Assembly: GCA_963787835.1 (NCBI GenBank)
Contig: CAWBEI010000007.1
Location: 1 to 64,000 of the forward strand
DNA from: Ignavibacteriota bacterium
GTDB taxonomy: Bacteria; Bacteroidota; Ignavibacteria; Palsa-1295
Length of the DNA stretch: 64,000 nt
Reading direction: 5' to 3'
The notes under the pieces were generated by a model. It made no database searches and was not told where the DNA came from. It saw nothing but the letters and a program-made list of their open reading frames with translations. Positions 18,255-27,398 of the stretch are shown here, piece by piece. Positions within the stretch are counted from its first letter, which is position 1. Every line of letters begins with the position of its first letter. A program made the position numbers and the translations under genes.

Positions 18255-18914
18255 GTGAAATTGACTCGATACGGAAGGGACGTATTAACTGCCGTCCTCA
18301 TCATAGCTGCTGTTCTTTTCGGACTTGCGATCTGGACAGATGAATTGTGGCTTCGCACCGTCCTGATCGCTGTCGGGCTTTTTCTTTCTATATTCTCTTT
18401 AAATTTCTTTAGAGATCCTGATCGCACCATCGAGGCGAAAGGGAAGGATATTGATAAGCTGATCGTCTCTCCGGCGGATGGGCTGATCGTCGGTATTAGC
18501 GAGGCGGAGGAACCCGAGTATATGAAAAGCCGGGCGACGCTTATTTCCATCTTCATGTCGCCGCTGAACGTGCATGTTAATCGCGCGCCGATAGCGGGGA
18601 AAGTGGAGCATCTCCGATATGTGAAGGGGGAATTTCTTGTTGCAAGCACTCCGGAATCAACACACAGAAATGAACGGATGCTCATTGGGATGTCGGGCCA
18701 TTGCAAGATACTTTTCGCTCAGGTTACGGGATATGTTGCCCGAAGGATCGTGTGCGAGGCGAAGATCGGCGACACACTTCAGGCGGGAGAACGTTTCGGT
18801 ATGATAAAATTTGGCTCCAGGGTCGATATTTACATTCCTGAAGGGGCAACGATACTCGTGAAGAACGGCGACACTGTAACTGGCGCTCAGACGGTGTTGG
18901 CAGAGTTTTTGTAA
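18255..18914 (+). CDS. psd: Phosphatidylserine decarboxylase proenzyme
   Basis: FFRDPDR, SPADG, IFMSPLNVHVNRAP and the FGSRVD cleavage motif. Confidence 0.93.
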   Translation: MKLTRYGRDVLTAVLIIAAVLFGLAIWTDELWLRTVLIAVGLFLSIFSLNFFRDPDRTIEAKGKDIDKLIVSPADGLIVGISEAEEPEYMKSRATLISIFMSPLNVHVNRAPIAGKVEHLRYVKGEFLVASTPESTHRNERMLIGMSGHCKILFAQVTGYVARRIVCEAKIGDTLQAGERFGMIKFGSRVDIYIPEGATILVKNGDTVTGAQTVLAEFL

Positions 18915-18941
18915 GTAGATAGTGTAGTAAACCTCCTGATC

Positions 18942-19403
18942 ATGAAAGCACATCTACACTTAGACCAAGGGTTGCGGCTTATTGGCACCAATGAGAAAGG
19001 CCACCGAACTATTTTTGACACAACACATGCCGGCGAGGGGCTTGACACTGCGGCAAGTCCTATGGAAACAGTACTTCAAGCGATGGCAGCATGTATGACG
19101 ATGGACGTTGTGCCGATCCTGCGCAAGCAACGGCGTACCGTCACCGATTTTTGGGTCGATCTGGCGGCTGAGCGTGCCACGGAGCATCCACGTGTGTTTA
19201 CGAAGATCGAGATGAATATTCACCTCGTAAGCCCGGATGCCACCGAGCATGAACTGGAGCGTGCCATCGAGCTATCCGAGACGAAATATTGCAGTGTGAG
19301 CGCCATGCTGCGTGCCTCCGGATGCGAGATCTCCTGGGACGCCACTCTGCAAAATCCGTTCACCCAATCGGTGGAAAAGATTTCCTCGAAGGTAATGCAT
19401 TGA
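18942..19403 (+). CDS. OsmC family protein
   Basis: SPMETVL..AAC and SETKYCSVSAML motifs. Confidence 0.9.
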   Translation: MKAHLHLDQGLRLIGTNEKGHRTIFDTTHAGEGLDTAASPMETVLQAMAACMTMDVVPILRKQRRTVTDFWVDLAAERATEHPRVFTKIEMNIHLVSPDATEHELERAIELSETKYCSVSAMLRASGCEISWDATLQNPFTQSVEKISSKVMH

Positions 19404-19509
19404 GGTGTCTGCAGCAGGTGTCGAGCGCGGGCTTGGTATTTTAAGGATTCAGGTAATTTCTCTGAAACGACTTTGGATGTTTATTGTTTAGAAGCGCCCG
19501 CACACGGGA

Positions 19510-19560
19510 TTTCCTGCTCCTGGCAAAGGGTCAGGGGCTACTTCAAGTATCCACAGGAAA
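19510..19560 (+). promoter_or_regulatory. S6:S18-binding rpsF leader RNA
   Basis: TTTCCTG/CAGGAAA closing stem; inner GCTCCTGGC/GTCAGGGGC stem; unpaired CCA (CCR motif) just upstream of the rpsF ATG. Confidence 0.65.
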
Positions 19561-19567
19561 CATAATA

Positions 19568-19972
19568 ATGGCTGAAAACAGATACGAATCGACATTTATA
19601 GTTAAAGGTACGCTCGACGATAAGGACATCGAGGCAATCGTAGCGAAAACCGAAAGTTTTATTCAGAAGAACGGCGGTACCGTTATCGACATGGAACGCT
19701 GGGGCCGCAGAAAGCTTGCGTACCAGATCGGAAAAGAGACGCAGGGAGCTTATGTTTCCGCACATTTCACGTCCGCCGGCGACCTGATCACCAAGCTCGA
19801 GCGCATGTACAGCTTGGATGAGAATATTATCCGCTTCCTTACGCTTGTGATGCCGGAAAGTGCCATCAAGGGACGTATTGCAATGAAAAAGAGAGAGGTC
19901 GAGCTTGCATCGAAGCGCGAAGCCGCCAGTGCAGCCAATGAGGCTGCCGCTAAGGACATCACGCTGAACTAA
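19568..19972 (+). CDS. rpsF: 30S ribosomal protein S6
   Basis: RYESTFI, WGRRKLAYQI and IIRFL motifs; start at the ATG at 19568. Confidence 0.96.
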   Translation: MAENRYESTFIVKGTLDDKDIEAIVAKTESFIQKNGGTVIDMERWGRRKLAYQIGKETQGAYVSAHFTSAGDLITKLERMYSLDENIIRFLTLVMPESAIKGRIAMKKREVELASKREAASAANEAAAKDITLN

Positions 19973-20023
19973 CACTGCAGCCATCGCAATAAGCACCATC
20001 AATAATCGAGATTCAGATATATT

Positions 20024-20467
20024 ATGAAAGTTATTCTTCGCGACGATATCGCAAAACTTGGAAATGCCGGTGAGGCAGTGAATGTCAAGAATGGGTTTGC
20101 GCGAAATTTTCTGGTGCCGCGTCAGCTCGCGTATGTTGCGACGCCTGGTGCGCTCAAGAAGATCGAGCATGAAATGCGCCAGCGTGCGCGCGTCATCGAG
20201 CGCGAGCGGATGAGCGCAGAGGAATACGCGAAGCGCCTCGAAGCCGTAACGATCACCATCCCGATGCGTGTCGGCGAGGAAAACCGCCTCTATGGTTCCG
20301 TCACCGCCCAAATGCTTTCGGATAGCCTGGAACGCCAGGGCTATGAGGTCGATCGCCGCATGATCCACTTAGAGGAGCAAATTCGCACGCTTGGTGCGCA
20401 TGAGGTAACCGTCCGGTTGAAGCACGGCGTTCAGGCGAAATTCCGCGTGAACGTGGTGTCGGAATAG
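20024..20467 (+). CDS. rplI: 50S ribosomal protein L9
   Basis: MKVIL..LG..G..V.VKNGFARNFLVP and LYGSVT motifs. Confidence 0.97.
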   Translation: MKVILRDDIAKLGNAGEAVNVKNGFARNFLVPRQLAYVATPGALKKIEHEMRQRARVIERERMSAEEYAKRLEAVTITIPMRVGEENRLYGSVTAQMLSDSLERQGYEVDRRMIHLEEQIRTLGAHEVTVRLKHGVQAKFRVNVVSE

Positions 20468-20625
20468 GAGCAGGATTTACAGGATTTCGCGGATTTTTTT
20501 GGTTCGGGTTGCCGCTTTGTGGCTGTAGGAGTCGTTCATTGCAGTTGATCGCGCAACTTCGAGTTTCCTCATGTGTTGATGTTGAAAGGACGGGAATTAA
20601 CCTGCTCTGTTGAAGGAGGAATCCG

Positions 20626-22449
20626 ATGATAGTTAGTATTCAGAAACTTGTGGCACGAGCACTGGTTCTGCTTGGCACAGTATCGTTTATTTCTTCGATT
20701 AATGCTCGCCCAGTGATCCATAAGAATGTCAGCGGTGGTGAGGCGATGGTATTTCTGAGACAGATGAATACCGTGAGTAATGTAGATTTTTATTACACGA
20801 ATCGAGGATCACTCTTTAATTCCGGTGGAGATAGTGCAGGCCTTTCCTGGCCGCGTGGTTCTGGAAATGGCTACATGTTTGGGGCTGGTATGTGGTTCGC
20901 TACTCAAAAATTTGTCGAAGAAAGAGTGACAAAGCTCGTCGAGCTTGGATACAATCCAAACACTGGGGAAGGTTGGTTCACAGAAGGCGAGGCAAGTCAG
21001 GTTGGACTCACCATTGGTAGTGATGGTGCCGATCTTGCATCGAAATATATTAGCTATGTTAGTCCCCGTTATGACAAGAATACGGGAGAGTATATTTCGG
21101 GCAGTTCTACCGTAGTGCCATCGCCATATTATTCATGGCCACTTTGGGATACAAGCTCCAGTAAAACGCTGCTTCGCAATTACTATTTCGGAGATTATAT
21201 TTCGGATGTGACTATGCGTAATGTAGCTAGCCTCGGATCAGTAAATCCTGAACTCGAGAAGATTGGCAAAATGGCCAAGCCCGCGATGGTCTCACAAGAG
21301 GACATTCTCAATTTATATTCGGATGCGGACTCCTCGAACAATCCTGAATTCGTGTCGGGCTTGGGATATCCCTTTGATATCGACGTTCAGGAAGAAATAT
21401 ATTCATGGGGATATGGAAGTTATCGGGACATGATATTTGTCCGTTATAAAATAAAGAATTCATCAAATGACACCTTGTTCAATTCCTGGATCGCGCCAGC
21501 CTACGATCCAGACTTGGACGCGGCCGCTGGTGGGGCTTCGAATGATGCGAACAGTTACGTAAGCGATTCGCTCGTTGCTACCACAGCGGATTCGACGATG
21601 GTTTCCCAGCTTAGCGAGCCCTATCGCTCCGATCCGACTAAACTTAATATGGCGGTTCAGTGGAGGAACTACACACAGCCTCCGAATGGCAAACAATATG
21701 GTTGGTTTGGGGTGAGCTTTGTCGAAACCCCTGTCGTTGATGATGCCGGGATACTTGTTCCAAATGACGATAGTTCGGCACTTCAGGGATATGGCCCAAA
21801 TAGTGTTTTTCAATCGAATCAATTAGGGCTCGTGACATGCAAAGATTGGACGATATTGGATGATCCTCCAACGACAAATCTCCGCTATAATTTTGTCTCC
21901 TCTGGCGATCATGATTCTTGGAATGGAATCTATCAAGATCAGCGATTGCTGATCGCCACCGGGCCGTTCAATCTTCCACCCGGTAAATCTGTTGAAACGA
22001 CCGTTGCTCTTACTTTTGCGCATGTGAGCGATACGAGCTATAAACAGAATTTCGGTGCTCTGTTGTTGCTGACAGAATTAGCTCATGAAGTTTTTGTACA
22101 ATTGGATTCTACTCAAACGGGTAACTATTTCGTGAATAATTTCCAAGTGTCTCCGCCAAGCTCGGTAAAGAGTTCTGAAAGCATAATCGGTCTCACGATG
22201 GAGCAGCCTTATCCCAATCCTTTCTCGACAAAGTGCTCGATCTCTTACCAAAACGCTGTTGCGGGACCAGGCACTGCGATACTTACCGATGTATTGGGAC
22301 GAACATTTGGATCTATTTCGCTGGGTGAGGTATCCACTGGGGTGCATACTCTAACGATTGATGGTGCCGATCTTCCCGCTGGAGATTATCATGTTATGAT
22401 AATCGTCGGATCTGAGTCATCAAACCAAATGCTTGTCCATATTCCATGA
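20626..22449 (+). CDS. Secreted protein with T9SS C-terminal sorting domain
   Basis: Signal peptide; WPRGSG.YMFGAGMW and ATGPFNL motifs; C-terminal YPNPF...LPAGDY. Confidence 0.8.
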   Translation: MIVSIQKLVARALVLLGTVSFISSINARPVIHKNVSGGEAMVFLRQMNTVSNVDFYYTNRGSLFNSGGDSAGLSWPRGSGNGYMFGAGMWFATQKFVEERVTKLVELGYNPNTGEGWFTEGEASQVGLTIGSDGADLASKYISYVSPRYDKNTGEYISGSSTVVPSPYYSWPLWDTSSSKTLLRNYYFGDYISDVTMRNVASLGSVNPELEKIGKMAKPAMVSQEDILNLYSDADSSNNPEFVSGLGYPFDIDVQEEIYSWGYGSYRDMIFVRYKIKNSSNDTLFNSWIAPAYDPDLDAAAGGASNDANSYVSDSLVATTADSTMVSQLSEPYRSDPTKLNMAVQWRNYTQPPNGKQYGWFGVSFVETPVVDDAGILVPNDDSSALQGYGPNSVFQSNQLGLVTCKDWTILDDPPTTNLRYNFVSSGDHDSWNGIYQDQRLLIATGPFNLPPGKSVETTVALTFAHVSDTSYKQNFGALLLLTELAHEVFVQLDSTQTGNYFVNNFQVSPPSSVKSSESIIGLTMEQPYPNPFSTKCSISYQNAVAGPGTAILTDVLGRTFGSISLGEVSTGVHTLTIDGADLPAGDYHVMIIVGSESSNQMLVHIP

Positions 22450-22522
22450 TAAATAATTTTGATGTGAGGGACTAAGAAAAATCAGTGCTGATTTTCCGCT
22501 AATTGTTGTTCACAGGCGCAAT

Positions 22523-24034
22523 ATGGCAGAAATACTTATACCCACATCCGAAAATATAACTGTTGAACTCAAGCCGGTAAAGGCAATTCCGAAAGCAGGA
22601 AAGCTTTTCATAGGCGGTGAATTCGTCGATTCACTTTCCGGACGTACTTTCGAGACCCGCAATCCTGCGACAGGCGAAGTAATAGCTGAAATAGCAGAGG
22701 CAGGAGCGGCGGATGTCGATCTCGCGGTTCGCGCTGCACAGAAGGCATTTGAAGAGGGAAGTCCGTGGCGGAAGATGAATCCGAGAGATCGCTCCCGAGT
22801 GCTGTGGAAGCTCTCTGAGCTGATCCGTGCCAATGCGGAAGAGCTTTCGGAGTTAGAAACACTCGATACGGGCAAGCCGATCTTTGAGTCCTCACGATTC
22901 GATATTCCACTTTCCGCTGAATGCTTCGAGTATTACGCAGGCTGGCCGACAAAGATCGCTGGCGAAACTATTGCTAATACGGCAGGCGGTGATGCGTTAG
23001 TCTATACGCTGAGGGAACCCATTGGTGTATGCGGCCAGATCATTCCCTGGAATTTCCCACTCCAGATGCTCGCCTGGAAAGTAGCTCCCGCGCTTGCGTG
23101 CGGTAATACGATCGTGTTGAAGCCAGCGGAGCAGACCCCACTTACAGCGCTCCGTTTTGCCGAACTGACGCTTGAAGCAGGCATACCTGCGGGTGTATTT
23201 AATGTCGTAACAGGATTTGGCCCGACAACCGGCAAAGCAATGGTCGATCATCCTGGGATCGATAAGATTGCATTTACGGGCAGCGTAGAAGTAGGGAAGG
23301 AGATCATGCGCGGCGCGGCGAACACCCTCAAACGTGTCTCCCTTGAACTTGGCGGGAAGTCACCAAATATCGTTTTTGCAGATGCCGATCTTGAAACCGC
23401 AGCAAAATTTGCGCTTGGTGGTATCTTCTTCAATCAGGGCGAGATGTGTACCGCTGGTTCTCGTATTTTCGTTGAAGAAGCTGGATATGATGAGTTCATG
23501 TCTGTGCTTCGAGGACGTGCGGCGAAGATGGTGGCGGGCGACCCACTTCATCCCAAGACGCGCCTCGGTTCCCTTATTTCGCAGGAGCATCTCGATCGTG
23601 TGCTGAATTATGTCACGATCGGAAAGAACGAAGGCGCTTCCGTAGCCATTGGCGGCGAGCGAATTGGCTCGGCAGGATATTTTATGAAGCCAACTGTGCT
23701 CGAAGGTGTGACGAATTCCATGCGCGTTGCACAAGAGGAAATTTTTGGCCCGGTCGCATCAGTAATTAAATTTAAAGATCCCGAAGAGGGAATTCGCGAA
23801 GCAAACAATTCCCAATTCGGGCTCGCTGCTGCCATTTGGACCCGCGACATAAAGAAGGCACATCAGATGGCTCGCCGAGTGAAGGCTGGAACGGTGTGGG
23901 TTAATACTATTTCTACTACGGACAACGCCGTTCCCTTTGGCGGCTACAAATCGAGTGGCTTTGGACGGGAACTTGGCAGAGCGGCTATTGATCTTTACAC
24001 AGAGACGAAGACAGTGTGGGTGGATTTGAATTAA
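22523..24034 (+). CDS. NAD-dependent aldehyde dehydrogenase
   Basis: IIPWNFP, KPAEQTP, FTGS, LELGGKSP, NQGEMC and EEIFGPV motifs. Confidence 0.95.
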   Translation: MAEILIPTSENITVELKPVKAIPKAGKLFIGGEFVDSLSGRTFETRNPATGEVIAEIAEAGAADVDLAVRAAQKAFEEGSPWRKMNPRDRSRVLWKLSELIRANAEELSELETLDTGKPIFESSRFDIPLSAECFEYYAGWPTKIAGETIANTAGGDALVYTLREPIGVCGQIIPWNFPLQMLAWKVAPALACGNTIVLKPAEQTPLTALRFAELTLEAGIPAGVFNVVTGFGPTTGKAMVDHPGIDKIAFTGSVEVGKEIMRGAANTLKRVSLELGGKSPNIVFADADLETAAKFALGGIFFNQGEMCTAGSRIFVEEAGYDEFMSVLRGRAAKMVAGDPLHPKTRLGSLISQEHLDRVLNYVTIGKNEGASVAIGGERIGSAGYFMKPTVLEGVTNSMRVAQEEIFGPVASVIKFKDPEEGIREANNSQFGLAAAIWTRDIKKAHQMARRVKAGTVWVNTISTTDNAVPFGGYKSSGFGRELGRAAIDLYTETKTVWVDLN

Positions 24035-24131
24035 TCGTCTGAACCTTGAATTTATATGATTTTAGAAATTATGTAAGATAGGATTCCGCTCCTAATCAAT
24101 TAATCGTCTCGAATAACGGTTCAGACATGTA

Positions 24132-24611
24132 ATGTTCGAACACCTTCCCATCAAACGCCGGCGCGTGCTTCGCGGACTTCTTGCTGGAGGGATTCTTGCA
24201 GGGACCGCGCCCTTTGTGTATGCTGCGGCGAAATTTCTTTCGTTCCAGAGCGTACTCGGTGGGAGTTCAACTGCAAAGGTTTCTGCCGCTGACCTTACGC
24301 CCGATAGTCCATCCACACTTGTTGAGATCGAGGGCGAGCCTGTGATTGTTGTGCGCGAGATGGATAATCAAATCCGAGCATTCACAGCATCTTGCACTCA
24401 CTTGGGATGCATTGTGTCTTATCGAACTCAGCTTGCGATTGGTCAGGAACAGAAGCCGGGATTTTATTGCAAATGCCACGGCGGGAAATATGATCTGAAC
24501 GGAGTGAACATTCCCGGCACACCTCCCAAATCTCCACTGACGGAAATAACGGTCGTCGCGGTTGCGGACGATCTTACTATTTCACTAACGCCAAAGACGA
24601 AAGGGACGTAA
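24132..24611 (+). CDS. Rieske 2Fe-2S subunit of a cytochrome bc-type complex
   Basis: Twin-Arg signal; CTHLGC and CKCHGG boxes; stop codon overlaps the cytochrome b ATG. Confidence 0.9.
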   Translation: MFEHLPIKRRRVLRGLLAGGILAGTAPFVYAAAKFLSFQSVLGGSSTAKVSAADLTPDSPSTLVEIEGEPVIVVREMDNQIRAFTASCTHLGCIVSYRTQLAIGQEQKPGFYCKCHGGKYDLNGVNIPGTPPKSPLTEITVVAVADDLTISLTPKTKGT

Positions 24612-25870
24612 TGGATCTGATCGATGCCCTACATTTACGTGAACCCTGGGAAGCGATAAAGGCGAAAACTGTCCCGCGCCACTGTAGTTCGATCTGGTAT
24701 TATATGGGTGGTCTTGCGCTCTTTTTCTTATGCATCCAGATCGTGACAGGCATTCTCCTAATGTTATATTATCGGCCCGTTCCGGAATCAGCGCACGACA
24801 GCATCCAATTATTAATTACGAAAGTACCATTTGGTGAAGTAATACGGTCCGTTCATGCGTGGGCTTCGAATGCGTTGATCGCACTTGTCTTGATCCACAT
24901 GTTCAGCACTTTTTTTATGAGGTCCTACCTGTCTCCGCGTGTGATCCTTTGGGTAACAGGTGTTGTGCTGCTGATCATTATGCTCGGCTTTGGATTTACC
25001 GGCTATCTGTTGCCATGGGATCAAACTGCTTATTTTGCGACACGAATCGGAACTGAAATTCCTAGATCTGTTCCTGTTTTTGGCGACTGGATAGCAACAT
25101 GGCTGCGAGGCTCGAAAGAAGTTACCGGCTCGACACTCACCCGCATGTTCGCGTTGCACGTTACTGTGCTGCCGATGATCGCCTTTGCATTCGCAGCAAC
25201 ACATATTGCTATTACTGCACTTGCTGGAAGCAGTGTGCCTTCGGGTGCAAAGATAAAGAGTACTATTCGTTTTATTCCAAATTACATTATGGGTGAGGCT
25301 ATAGTATGGCTGATTGGACTGGCCGTCCTTTTAGCTGTTGCTGTGCTTTATCCCTGGCCGCTTGGTATTGGTTATGATTTGTTGAAACCATCTGAACCAC
25401 CTGCTGGAGTTCATCCAGAATGGTATTTCATGTTCCTGTTCCAAAGCTTGAAATACATTCCTGAATGGGCGGTGGTTGTTTCATATACTCTTGTTCTTAT
25501 TTTTTGGACGCTGGTTCCCTGGCTCGACCGGAGATCACGCTCTGACGGGAAAAGTCCAGCATTTACCATCATCGGAATTGTTAGCATTGCTGGGATGGCT
25601 GTTCTTACGTCACTTGCGTATATTTCAGTCGATCAGGAAATAACCACGGCAAGGATGGAGCAGGGAAGTGTTTCGATTTCGACAAACGTGCATTCAAGTT
25701 CGGGTATATCGATCGATACGGTGACTAAGGCAACCAATAATCCGGCGGTGCAGCACCCAGGAAGCATCGACACAACCACTTGGTCGTTCTTGTCGATAGC
25801 GGCTATTGCATTTCTGATTTTGCTATTGATACTTGTCCGTTCGGCGATAACCAATCGACAATCAACATAA
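24611..25870 (+). CDS. Cytochrome b (fused b6/subunit IV type)
   Basis: WYYMGG, four heme-ligand His residues, GYLLPWDQ and PEWYF motifs. Confidence 0.92.
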   Translation: MDLIDALHLREPWEAIKAKTVPRHCSSIWYYMGGLALFFLCIQIVTGILLMLYYRPVPESAHDSIQLLITKVPFGEVIRSVHAWASNALIALVLIHMFSTFFMRSYLSPRVILWVTGVVLLIIMLGFGFTGYLLPWDQTAYFATRIGTEIPRSVPVFGDWIATWLRGSKEVTGSTLTRMFALHVTVLPMIAFAFAATHIAITALAGSSVPSGAKIKSTIRFIPNYIMGEAIVWLIGLAVLLAVAVLYPWPLGIGYDLLKPSEPPAGVHPEWYFMFLFQSLKYIPEWAVVVSYTLVLIFWTLVPWLDRRSRSDGKSPAFTIIGIVSIAGMAVLTSLAYISVDQEITTARMEQGSVSISTNVHSSSGISIDTVTKATNNPAVQHPGSIDTTTWSFLSIAAIAFLILLLILVRSAITNRQST

Positions 25871-25889
25871 GACAGTTTTTGTATTTCAA

Positions 25890-27176
25890 ATGAGAACTGT
25901 TTTGAAATCCATCATTTTCGCATCCATTCTCTTCTGCCTCGCACTTAACGCACGAGCGGAGCAAACCCAGCAAATCGATAGCATTATTACATCGCCGTGG
26001 GTGCAAGTTCATACACCCTCTCCTGGCGGGGCCGCACTTTATTACCTCTCACCGGATACAACGTGGGCAATCGGCACCTCTGGTCTTATGCTTTCCACCG
26101 ATGAGGGTAATTCCTGGCAAAATGTGCCTCGGAATCCGCCATTCGGATTAGTATCGATGCGAACCGCGGATGAAGGCTACAGTATTTATCCGGACCAAGG
26201 CTATATTTATAAAACCTACAATACGTGGCAGACCTGGGATAGTGTCCCGAACCCACTGACAAGCGTTGGTAGAGTTTATATCTTCGATTCGCTCCATGTT
26301 TTTTTTGGTGGTGGCGTTAGCAGTAATGAACTTGAACGATCCACTGATGGAGGCAAAACGTGGGCGCACTCATTTCTCGGGGTATTCGATGCAATGGGAA
26401 TGGCTGATGATCTCGTGGGCTATGCCGTCGGGCCTGTGCAGCAAGGACCGAAACAAGGCGACCAAGGAGTTGGCGCATTTAAGACCACCGATGGCGGCGG
26501 TTCATGGGTTCAGCTTTATCCCGGTGATTCACTGGTGGGTCTCTACAACGCATCAGATGTTGCAGTGATTGACGAGAATACCGCCATAATGGTAGGTTCT
26601 CATGACCTCATCGCACGAACAACTGACGGAGGGAATACCTGGCGACAAATCCAACCGCCCCCTAACAATGGAAATGATATTTTAGAGGCCATAACAATTC
26701 ATGGAGCTATTGGATACATCTCAGGTTTCCCCGGCATCATCTGGCGAACAACGGATACTGGGAATACATGGTCAGTTGAGCTGAGTGGTCGTCCGAATGA
26801 TGATCTCACGAAGCCATTTATGTATGGTGATTCGCTTGCAGCGATTGCTGCGGATAATGGAATTATCCTGATCCGGAATGGGAGTTTAGCAAGCGTGCTT
26901 CCACCTCAAACAGATTCTTTATCCATCGTGGTTTTTCCCAACCCTTCCCAGTCATTAGTGACGCTTTCCTACAGTCTTCCTACTTCCCAAGTCGTAACAT
27001 TAACTCTGTTCGATCTTAATGGGAATCCTGTATCAACACCACTAAATTCCGCACAGCAGGGTATGGGTAATCAATCAATTCCGATCAGCATCGCAAATCT
27101 TTCGTCCGGAACCTATTTCTATCGCTTTTCATCGCAAAATTATTCAGCAAGTGGTTCCTTCATCGTAACACAATAA
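25890..27176 (+). CDS. YCF48/BNR beta-propeller protein with T9SS domain
   Basis: Signal peptide; (S/T)TDGGxTW repeats; FPNP...LSSGTYFY C-terminus. Confidence 0.82.
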   Translation: MRTVLKSIIFASILFCLALNARAEQTQQIDSIITSPWVQVHTPSPGGAALYYLSPDTTWAIGTSGLMLSTDEGNSWQNVPRNPPFGLVSMRTADEGYSIYPDQGYIYKTYNTWQTWDSVPNPLTSVGRVYIFDSLHVFFGGGVSSNELERSTDGGKTWAHSFLGVFDAMGMADDLVGYAVGPVQQGPKQGDQGVGAFKTTDGGGSWVQLYPGDSLVGLYNASDVAVIDENTAIMVGSHDLIARTTDGGNTWRQIQPPPNNGNDILEAITIHGAIGYISGFPGIIWRTTDTGNTWSVELSGRPNDDLTKPFMYGDSLAAIAADNGIILIRNGSLASVLPPQTDSLSIVVFPNPSQSLVTLSYSLPTSQVVTLTLFDLNGNPVSTPLNSAQQGMGNQSIPISIANLSSGTYFYRFSSQNYSASGSFIVTQ

Positions 27177-27185
27177 GAGGCAGCT

Positions 27186-27332
27186 ATGAAAACAATTCTT
27201 GTTCTTTCACTCCTCGGGTTCGGCGGATTAGTTCATTCTCAGTCGCGTACGGCAGGCCGCATGGTCGTTCCAAGCGGCTATGAGGCTTTTGATTCGCCCC
27301 GTTTTGGGCAACCTACAATCTTTTATTGGTAA
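27186..27332 (+). CDS. Possible 48-aa small secreted peptide (below the ORF track cutoff)
   Basis: AAGAGG upstream; translates as MKTILVLSLLGFGGLVHSQ...PTIFYW-TAA. Confidence 0.35.
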   Translation: MKTILVLSLLGFGGLVHSQSRTAGRMVVPSGYEAFDSPRFGQPTIFYW

Positions 27333-27398
27333 ATACGTCGCTCCGGAATCGGCTGTGCAATTTATTCGTTGCAACACCAGTCGTCTTTTTCCTTGATT

